From the NCBI GenBank assembly GCA_963976285.1, contig CAXBJY010000008.1:14414-78413 (forward strand): a stretch of 64,000 nt of DNA, read 5' to 3'. The position numbers and the translations under genes are program-made. Below the pieces are notes generated by a model, which saw only the letters and a program-made list of their open reading frames with translations, had not been told where the DNA came from and searched no databases. Positions 46,978 through 54,594 of this stretch are shown piece after piece. Position 1 is the stretch's first letter, and every line of letters starts with the position of its first letter. Origin of the DNA: an uncultured Gammaproteobacteria bacterium. GTDB lineage: Bacteria; Pseudomonadota; Gammaproteobacteria; Ga0077536.

Positions 46978-47580
46978 CTATTCGTCGCGCACGCGTGCGA
47001 GCACGCGCAGCAGGTCTTCGTGCAGTTCGAACCACACCGTGTGGTAACTCTCGATCGTCGCGTCGCTCACCCATGCCGGGTCGCCGTCTTCCGCGCGCTC
47101 GAGCGCGTGTTCGAGTTTCTCACCATAACGCGCGAAGCGCGGCGCGGATGCGGCGAACGTTTGCACGATCGGCTCGAAGCGCTCATGGATAGCCGCGAGC
47201 CGGTCGAGGATCGCCGCATCGTAATCGGGATCGCTGTGATCGTTCGGCATCGCCTGGCCGCCGATATCGACGAGCTGCCAGTCCGTGATCGCCTGTTTCA
47301 ATTCTGTATTGATCAACTCGAACCGATCGTAAGCCGCGACGAACGCCGGATCATCCCGCAATGCCGCGCAACGCACGGGATACTGGCCCTCGAGGATCAT
47401 GTGCCCGGCCGGGGTGAGCAGGTATTTGCCCTGCGCCGCGGCCGCGCGCCCCGTGTTGACAGCCCGTTCGAGCAGGGGCGCGAGTGCCGCCTGCGGCTGC
47501 CCCGTCAGTTCGGCGAGCGCGGCGGCATCGGCGTGTTTCTTGATCGCGATGGCGTGCAGCAGTTCGTGCATCGTGTTCAT
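46978..47580 (-). CDS. hypothetical protein (200 aa), translationally coupled (ATGA overlap) to the upstream ~520-aa gene
   Basis: MNTMHELLHAIAIKKHADAAALAELTGQPQAALAPLLERAVNTGRAAAAQGKYLLTPAGHMILE… no recognisable catalytic motif; possible winged-helix-like N-terminus. Confidence 0.5.
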   Translation of the reverse strand: MNTMHELLHAIAIKKHADAAALAELTGQPQAALAPLLERAVNTGRAAAAQGKYLLTPAGHMILEGQYPVRCAALRDDPAFVAAYDRFELINTELKQAITDWQLVDIGGQAMPNDHSDPDYDAAILDRLAAIHERFEPIVQTFAASAPRFARYGEKLEHALERAEDGDPAWVSDATIESYHTVWFELHEDLLRVLARVRDE

Positions 47581-49139
47581 TCGCCGCTCCTGCGCAGGCG
47601 TTCGACGTCGTCACGCGAGAGCCCCGCGCCGGCGCCCTTGAGGCGCCGGGAGTGGATCTGATCGAGACCATACAGTTCGTCCGCGAGTGGCGTGTGCGCG
47701 TTGTACTTGACCCAGGTTTCACACAGGTGACGGTATTTGTCCGTGCACACCTGCGGCACGAACTCGCGCGCGCGGCGATTGTATTCCGCGAGCCCGAGCA
47801 CCCCGGCCGAGGTCGTGTAGCGATCGATTTTCGGCGGCAGATGCGTGATCCCGGGCTGCAGTTCACCGCACGTGCGCGTGAAGTTGCCGTCGGCGAGGAT
47901 CGAATACGGGATGTGCGAGTACACGCGGGTCGGCGCGTTCGAATGCTTCATCATGTTGTAGCCGTGCAGTTGCTGCGACGGGTTCGAGATATAGCCGACG
48001 AGTTCGCCGAGCACGGCGTTCGCGTACTCGTCATTGAACAGCGGCCGGAAACGCTCGGCGCGTTCGTCGACCATCATCCAGTCTTCCACCGCGTAGACCC
48101 CGGCGACGTGCGCGAGATCCTTGACGATGCCGAAGTACACCATCGCCCCGGCGTCGATCATCTGATCGCGCGACCAGCCGGCGATCCGCCGCCACAGTTT
48201 CGACGTCGCGTCTTTCACCCGCACGGTCAGATCCTCGAACGCCTCGGTGAGCGTTTCGCGGCTGTCCATGGCCACGGGGACGTAACCTTCCGTGAGTACA
48301 TCGGACGTGTACAGGCCCACCCCGACGACATGGTGTGCCTTGAACTCGGGCTCCGATTCGAACGAACCCCAGTCGTCCATCAGGTAGAAATGACAGCCTT
48401 CGACGGCCATCGGCACGGTGAGGTTGTTGTACGGCACGTCGGCGGCGACGTCGTCGAGCCAGGGAAAGTCGCTCTCCGAAAGATCCATGTAATCGCGCAC
48501 GATCATCTCGCGCGTGTCCGACAATTTATACGGCCCGGAATTATGCAGGCTCACCCGGCTTTCGCAGGAAATGAGGAAGCCGTACTGCGATGCCGCCGCC
48601 ATGAACGCCTGCGCGGCGGTATGCAGGCGATCGCCCTCGCGGCATTCATACATATCGGCGTGAAACACCTGCAGCCGGCGTTCCGGCAGCAGTTGCGCGC
48701 GATGACCGTATTCGCTGTTTGTAATGTGACCGTCGTTGCGGTGCCAGGAGAGCTGAAAGCGCTTCCAGAAATCCATCACCGTAATGAGGTCTTCCACCGC
48801 GTCCGTCGGCCTGAGCAAGCCCATGTTCATGAGCAGTTCGCGCCCGAGCAGGTAGAACGACAAGCCCCAGCCCATGCTCGGGTTCTGGATCTTGATCCCC
48901 ATGTTGCGCGCGCGATCGCCGATGTCCTCGGCCGGCAGCGCGCGATCGATTTTGCGCAGCAGCTCCGGGTAGCGATAGAACGCCATCATGTAGGACAGCA
49001 ACATGTACGGCGACACGGGGAACAGTTTCGACTCCTGCACCGTGCGGGTGAGGCACAGCCAGTACGTCTCGTCCGCGAGTTGCTGGATCAGCGTGTTCGT
49101 CTCGAGCAGTTGTTCGTAGCTGATCCGCTTGTCGGTCAT
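47577..49139 (-). CDS. hypothetical protein (~520 aa; no recognisable domain); start uncertain (ATG 49139 or GTG 49160)
   Basis: Coding-like, aromatic-rich composition (MTDKRISYEQLLETNTLIQQLADETYWLCLTRT…); embedded between the two PEP-utilizing-enzyme modules. Confidence 0.5.
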   Translation of the reverse strand: MTDKRISYEQLLETNTLIQQLADETYWLCLTRTVQESKLFPVSPYMLLSYMMAFYRYPELLRKIDRALPAEDIGDRARNMGIKIQNPSMGWGLSFYLLGRELLMNMGLLRPTDAVEDLITVMDFWKRFQLSWHRNDGHITNSEYGHRAQLLPERRLQVFHADMYECREGDRLHTAAQAFMAAASQYGFLISCESRVSLHNSGPYKLSDTREMIVRDYMDLSESDFPWLDDVAADVPYNNLTVPMAVEGCHFYLMDDWGSFESEPEFKAHHVVGVGLYTSDVLTEGYVPVAMDSRETLTEAFEDLTVRVKDATSKLWRRIAGWSRDQMIDAGAMVYFGIVKDLAHVAGVYAVEDWMMVDERAERFRPLFNDEYANAVLGELVGYISNPSQQLHGYNMMKHSNAPTRVYSHIPYSILADGNFTRTCGELQPGITHLPPKIDRYTTSAGVLGLAEYNRRAREFVPQVCTDKYRHLCETWVKYNAHTPLADELYGLDQIHSRRLKGAGAGLSRDDVERLRRSGE

Positions 49140-49149
49140 CGTCGGGTGC

Positions 49150-49905
49150 TCAGGCTTCACCGGCGCGCGCGTGACGCCAGATCCGCGCCGTCATCGCGAT
49201 GCCCTGCTGGTAGGCTTCGGCCGTTTTCGCCGCCGCGGTCGTCTCCATGATGACCGTATCGCCCTCGATGATGTCGGCCACTTTCGCGTTCATGAAACAC
49301 GGGATGCCGTATTCGCGGGTGAGGATGCCGAGGTGTGAGCGCACCGTGCCGCCGGCGCAGATCACCCCGGCGAACTGCTCGAGGATCGGCGCGGTTAACG
49401 TGCCACCGGAATCGTCGATGACGGCAATCGTGCCGGGTGGCACGCCGTCGCTCAGGTATTTCAGCACGCGATCGCTCGAGCGCAGGTAGCGCGCCGTGCC
49501 CGTCGTGTACTCGGGATAGCCGACGACGTTATCCCCGATCCCGCACAACACCCGGCCGTCTTCGTCGGTTTCCGGGGTCGGCGCTTCCGGGTGGGCAAAA
49601 CTGAATTGCGTCGCGTCGTCGTCGAGCCCCTCGGCGGGCTTGTACGCCTCCGGTCGCTCGCGGACCGAGGCGAGCGCGGACCAGTCGTAGCGATGGCCGA
49701 GTTCGAGCAGGCGCGCATCGATTGCGCGCAGGGCCCCGGCGTCGATCACGGACGGCGCACTGCCGAACACGAACGCGTCCCAGGTTTCACCGCTCGTCGC
49801 GAGATGTTCGCGCACGCGGGTTTTGATGGCGGCATGGAAGGCCTCGACGATGGCGAATTCAGCTTCGTCGCCGTACTTGTCCCCATCGTTGTAGTGGCTC
49901 GCCAT
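49150..49905 (-). CDS. PEP-utilizing-enzyme mobile (phosphohistidine swivel) domain protein with ~150-aa N-terminal region of unknown function
   Basis: Met 80 of track ORF 49150..50142 (MASHYNDGDKYGDE…). C-terminus …ICAGGTVRSHLGILTREYGIPCFMNAKVADIIEGDTVIME… = PEP-utilizers domain. Confidence 0.6.
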   Translation of the reverse strand: MASHYNDGDKYGDEAEFAIVEAFHAAIKTRVREHLATSGETWDAFVFGSAPSVIDAGALRAIDARLLELGHRYDWSALASVRERPEAYKPAEGLDDDATQFSFAHPEAPTPETDEDGRVLCGIGDNVVGYPEYTTGTARYLRSSDRVLKYLSDGVPPGTIAVIDDSGGTLTAPILEQFAGVICAGGTVRSHLGILTREYGIPCFMNAKVADIIEGDTVIMETTAAAKTAEAYQQGIAMTARIWRHARAGEA

Positions 49906-50300
49906 GGCATCCCCATCGATCCGCTTGAACCCGTCCGCCCGGCGCTGCTCGCGGCTCTTGATTGTGCGCGAACGGGGTCCGGCAGGATGTCGTAGTTTGG
50001 AATTCGTGTCAAACCTGATAGGACGATATTGTCCTACAATCCGGACCATACCGGGTGCCAAAATCGCCCGCCTCGCGACCCCGCTCGCACCGCTCCCGCG
50101 ACCCTGGCCATGGCCATGAAGCCGGCGCACGAACGCCGCCAATCACCGCCGCCGGGTACCTGCCAGCCGCCCCGCCAGCGCGCGCGGGTACCGCCGTTGG
50201 CACGGGCTGCCAAAGCGCCGCGGTAGCGCCACCGGCCACCGCCCCGGCGCAACTTGAACGGCGCGTTCTTCGCCGTGAGAATAGGTGAGCGAAACTTCCA

Positions 50301-51122
50301 ATGGAGATCGAGCACATGGCCAGCAGCGCCGCCGCAACCGCCAGCCCCGCAGTCCCCGTGATCCGCACGGATAACGCCGGGATCACGCAATTGATGCTGA
50401 ACGACCCGGACAAGTACAACACGCTGTCGCGCGAAGTCATCGACGACATGCTCACGCATCTCGACAACATCGCCGCCGATGAATCGGTGCGCGTGGTCGT
50501 GATCGCGGCCCGCGGCAAGGCGTTTTGCAGCGGTCACAACCTGAAGCAGATGCACGCAAACCACGATCGGGCCTACTACGAGGCCCTGCTGACGGACTGC
50601 TCGCGCATGATGCAGAGCATTGTTGCGCTGCCGCAGCCGGTGATTGCCCGGGTGCAGGGCATCGCCACGGCGGCCGGTTGCCAGCTCGTCGCGAGCTGCG
50701 ATCTCGCCATCGCCGCGGCGAGCGCCGCGTTCGCCACGAACGGGATCAACAACGGCCTGTTCTGCGCCACCCCGGCGGTGGCCGTCAGCCGCACGGTCGC
50801 GCGCAAGCACGCGCTCGAAATGCTGCTCACGGGCGATTTCGTCGACGCAGCGCGGGCGGCGGACATCGGCCTCGTCAATCACGTCGTCCCCGATGACGAA
50901 CTCGATGCCGCTATCGACGCGCTCGCGGGCAAACTCGCCGGCCAGTCGCAGTATGCGCTGCGTCTCGGCAAGGCCTCGTTCAATCGCCAGTTGCACGAAC
51001 CGCTCGACCGCGCGTATCGCGGCGCCGCGAGCGATCTCGTGTGTAACCTGCTCGCCGACGACGGGGTCGAGGGGGTCACCGCGTTTCTCGAGAAACGTAA
51101 ACCGCGGTGGCAGAACGACTAG
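50301..51122 (+). CDS. enoyl-CoA hydratase/isomerase family protein
   Basis: …VVVIAARGKAFCSGHNLKQM…, …VIARVQGIATAAGCQLVASCDLAIAA… (crotonase fold oxyanion-hole segments). Confidence 0.8.
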   Translation: MEIEHMASSAAATASPAVPVIRTDNAGITQLMLNDPDKYNTLSREVIDDMLTHLDNIAADESVRVVVIAARGKAFCSGHNLKQMHANHDRAYYEALLTDCSRMMQSIVALPQPVIARVQGIATAAGCQLVASCDLAIAAASAAFATNGINNGLFCATPAVAVSRTVARKHALEMLLTGDFVDAARAADIGLVNHVVPDDELDAAIDALAGKLAGQSQYALRLGKASFNRQLHEPLDRAYRGAASDLVCNLLADDGVEGVTAFLEKRKPRWQND

Positions 51123-51394
51123 CAGGCCGGCAGCATCGAACCCGTCGCGTTGCGCGCAGAACATATATATAAAGACGCCGCGCGGCGAACACGACAACGC
51201 CGACAGCGCCGACAGCGCTGCCCCCGGCACCCGGGCGGCGGGGTCGCGGCGCTTATCGAGGACGTTGACGTCAGTCATCGATAATTTTTCCGGCTGAATG
51301 TCGCTCCTCGCGCCCAGGAATGCGTAATAATGGCTCCCGGCGCGAACCCATTCAGTCACCAGGATCGCCTCTACTAAGAAATCGGACCGACACC

Positions 51395-53038
51395 ATGAGC
51401 ACATCGACAAACATCTACGAACAAGACCTGCCGAAGGTTGAAGCGAACTACACCCCGCTGTCGCCGCTGAGTACGATCGAGCGCGCGGCCTCCGTGTATC
51501 CCACCCAGCTTGCCGTCGTCCACGGCGATCGCGAGTTCACGTGGGCGGAAACGTTCGCGCGCTGCCGCCAGCTCGCCTCCGCGCTGAGCCAGCGCGGGAT
51601 CGGCCTCGGCGACACGGTCGCCGTACTCGCGACGAATATCCCGGCGTTCTACGAAGGCCTGTTCGGGATCCCGGCCACGGGCGCCGTGATCAACCCGATC
51701 AACATCCGCCTCGATGCCGAAGCCATCGCGTTCATTCTCGACCACGGCGAAGCGAAGGTGCTGTTCACGGATACGGAATTCGCGCCGGTCGTGAGCGAGG
51801 CGCTGAAAATCTGCAAAGTGAAACCGCTCGTGATCGACATCGCCGACGAAGCGGCGCATTGCCACGACCGGATCGGCGAGATCGAATACGAGGACTTCAT
51901 CGCGGCCGGCGATCCGGAGTATCCATGGGAACTGCCGAAGGACGAATGGCAGGCCATCGCGCTGTGCTACACGTCCGGCACCACCGGCAACCCGAAGGGC
52001 GTGGTCACGCATCACCGCGGCGCGTACCTGAATGCGATTGGCAACATCATGGCGTGGACCCTGCCGCACAACCCGGTGTACCTGTGGACCTTGCCGATGT
52101 TTCATTGCTGCGGCTGGTGCTACCCGTGGTCGATCGCGATGCAGGGCGGCACGAACGTATGCCTGCGACGGATCGCGGCGGCGGATATCTACGACGCGAT
52201 CGACCGCCACGGGGTGACGCATTTCTGCGGCGCGCCGATCGTGCTGAATTTCATCGTCAACGCGAGCGAAGAAGAAAAGTGCGTGCCGAAGACCCCGATC
52301 AACGTGATGACCGCCGGGGCCGCGCCGCCGGCGGCGATCCTGAAATCGATGGCCGATCAGGGCTTCAAGGTGACGCACGCCTATGGCCTGACGGAAGTTT
52401 ACGGCCCGGCCGTGTTCACGGCGCACCAACCGTCGTGGGATTCGCTGTCGAGCCTCGAACTCGCGGAAAAACGCATCCAGCAGGGCGTGCGCTACAACGT
52501 GCTCGAGGATCTCGACGTGCTCGACCCGGAGACGATGAAGCCCGTGCCGCGTGACGGCGAGACGATCGGTGAAATCATGTTCAAGGGCAATGTCGTCATG
52601 CGCGGTTATCTGAAAAACCCGAAGGCGACGCAGGAATCGCTCGCGGACGGCTGGTTTCACTCCGGCGACCTCGGGGTGATGCACCCGGAGAACTATATCC
52701 AGCTGAAGGACCGCTCGAAGGACATCATCATTTCCGGCGGCGAGAATATCTCCTCGATCGAAGTCGAAGAAGTGTTGTACAAACACCCGCACGTGCTCGA
52801 AGCCGCCGTCGTCGCGCGGCCGGACGAAAAGTGGGGCGAGACGCCGTGCGCGTTCGTGGCCCTGAAACCATCGGCACCGGACGTGAGCGCGGACGAGCTG
52901 ATCAAGTATTGCCGCGAGCACATCGCGCACTTCAAAGCGCCGAAGACGATCGTTTTCCGCGAACTGCCGAAAACCTCGACCGGCAAGATCCAGAAATTCA
53001 AACTGCGGGTTGAAGCCGACGAGATGGGATCGCTGTAA
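51395..53038 (+). CDS. AMP-dependent synthetase/ligase (acyl-CoA synthetase)
   Basis: Met within track ORF 51320..53038. …YTSGTTGNPKGV (AMP-binding motif), …YGLTEV…, …GWFHSGDLG…, …ELPKTSTGKIQK (C-terminal Lys motif). Confidence 0.8.
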   Translation: MSTSTNIYEQDLPKVEANYTPLSPLSTIERAASVYPTQLAVVHGDREFTWAETFARCRQLASALSQRGIGLGDTVAVLATNIPAFYEGLFGIPATGAVINPINIRLDAEAIAFILDHGEAKVLFTDTEFAPVVSEALKICKVKPLVIDIADEAAHCHDRIGEIEYEDFIAAGDPEYPWELPKDEWQAIALCYTSGTTGNPKGVVTHHRGAYLNAIGNIMAWTLPHNPVYLWTLPMFHCCGWCYPWSIAMQGGTNVCLRRIAAADIYDAIDRHGVTHFCGAPIVLNFIVNASEEEKCVPKTPINVMTAGAAPPAAILKSMADQGFKVTHAYGLTEVYGPAVFTAHQPSWDSLSSLELAEKRIQQGVRYNVLEDLDVLDPETMKPVPRDGETIGEIMFKGNVVMRGYLKNPKATQESLADGWFHSGDLGVMHPENYIQLKDRSKDIIISGGENISSIEVEEVLYKHPHVLEAAVVARPDEKWGETPCAFVALKPSAPDVSADELIKYCREHIAHFKAPKTIVFRELPKTSTGKIQKFKLRVEADEMGSL

Positions 53039-53119
53039 CGCGCGACCACCCGGGGTGAATGCGGGCGCGACGTAAACCGCAGCGCCTGCAGGCCCCCCCG
53101 GGAAGACAACGCAACGTCC

Positions 53120-53145
53120 CCTCCCCTTCAACCGTGAAGGGGAGG
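53120..53145. terminator. GC-rich hairpin CCTCCCCTTC-AACCGT-GAAGGGGAGG between convergent AMP-ligase and hlyD genes (no U-tract)
   Basis: Perfect 10-bp inverted repeat seen directly; compositionally related to the 35725-35751 hairpin. Confidence 0.4.
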
Positions 53146-53213
53146 AACTCCCCAAGGGTATCAACCCCGACACGAACCCGACGCCCGCCTGGCACGGCAT
53201 CCGAACCGCGGCG

Positions 53214-54566
53214 TTAACGCTCACGAAAACCCTCGTCGCGGTAGCGCAATAACGGCGCGGCGAGGAATTCGATCAGGCGGCGGCGACCGAGTTTGATCTC
53301 CACCGTCACCGCCATCCCCGGCGCGAGATTCGCGACCCGGTCGGCGGTCTCGATCGTCGTGCGCTCGAGGCTCACTTGCGCCGGATACACGAGCCCCTGC
53401 TTCTCATCCGCGATCGCATCGTGCGCGACATGTGTAATGCGGCCGTCGATCGTGCCGTATTGCGTGAACGGGAACGTCTCGACCTTGATCTCCGCGTGCT
53501 GGCCCGCGCGCACGAAGCCGGCGTCGCGGTTCGTGACGAACGCCTCGACGACGAGCGCGCCATCGAGCGGCACGAGCAACATCAGTTGTTCCGCCGGGGT
53601 GACGACTCCGCCGATCGTATGCACGGAGAGCTGGTGCACCGTGGCCGCCTCCGGCGCGCGCAGAACGCGCTCCCGGATCTGCATTTCCGCCTTGCCGATC
53701 TCGGGTTCGATCGCGGCGAGTTCCGTTGCGAGCGTTGCCCGCGATTCGATCAGCCGCGAGCGTTCGCCGGCGGCGAGCGCGCGCAAACGCCTTAGCAAAC
53801 CGGCATGCGCGGCATCGAGCGCGGCGAGGCGCGCGCCGACGATACCGCGCTCGCGCTCGGTTTCGAGTCGCGGGATCTCGAGTTCAAACCAGCTCGCGCG
53901 CGACGCGAGCGAACGCGCTTCGAGTTGTGCCAGCGCGTTCGCGCGTTCCGTGAGCAGCGGCAAGGTCGCGTCGAGCATGGCAAGACGCCGTTCGCTGGCG
54001 AGACGTTCCGCGCGGTTCTCCGCGGCCGCGTCCTCGAGTGCCGCGCGCTCGGCGTAATGCGCTTCGAGCTGGCTGTCGATGCGGCGCCGGATCGCCATCG
54101 GCGTGGCCGCGATCGCCACGTTCAGTGGATGCCCGGGCGCGCGATCGAGGTAAGCGGCCGCGGTCGGGAACGCCGCGAACGCGCGTAACTGCAATTCCAG
54201 TGCGCGCAGTTCCGCGGCCATCGCATCGCGCGCAACGCGCAGGCGGCGCAAGTCGGCGCGAGATTTCTCGTCGTCGAGCTGGATCAGCGGATCGCCGGCG
54301 GCGACCGTCTCGCCTTCGCGCACATGGATCGCACTGACCACCCCGGCCTCGAGCGGCTGCACCGTCTTCACCCTGCCGGTGGGGACGATCCGGCCTTGCG
54401 CGACGGCCACGACATCCACCCGCCCGAGCACGGACCAGCCGAGCGCGAACGCAAACAACGTCATCACGCTCCACAGGATCGCGCGCGACGCCGGCAGCGG
54501 CGGCGTGTGTTCCACTTCGAGCACGGCCGGCAGAAACGCGCAAGACTCACGCGAGCGGGACATCAC
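53214..54566 (-). CDS. HlyD family type I secretion periplasmic adaptor subunit
   Basis: N-terminal TM, long coiled-coil (…RALELQLRAFAAF…), C-terminal beta-barrel/lipoyl-like …VTVEIKLGRRRLIEFL…. Confidence 0.8.
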   Translation of the reverse strand: MMSRSRESCAFLPAVLEVEHTPPLPASRAILWSVMTLFAFALGWSVLGRVDVVAVAQGRIVPTGRVKTVQPLEAGVVSAIHVREGETVAAGDPLIQLDDEKSRADLRRLRVARDAMAAELRALELQLRAFAAFPTAAAYLDRAPGHPLNVAIAATPMAIRRRIDSQLEAHYAERAALEDAAAENRAERLASERRLAMLDATLPLLTERANALAQLEARSLASRASWFELEIPRLETERERGIVGARLAALDAAHAGLLRRLRALAAGERSRLIESRATLATELAAIEPEIGKAEMQIRERVLRAPEAATVHQLSVHTIGGVVTPAEQLMLLVPLDGALVVEAFVTNRDAGFVRAGQHAEIKVETFPFTQYGTIDGRITHVAHDAIADEKQGLVYPAQVSLERTTIETADRVANLAPGMAVTVEIKLGRRRLIEFLAAPLLRYRDEGFRER

Positions 54567-54594
54567 TCGCCCCCTGGATGCGCGGCGTGAAGCA

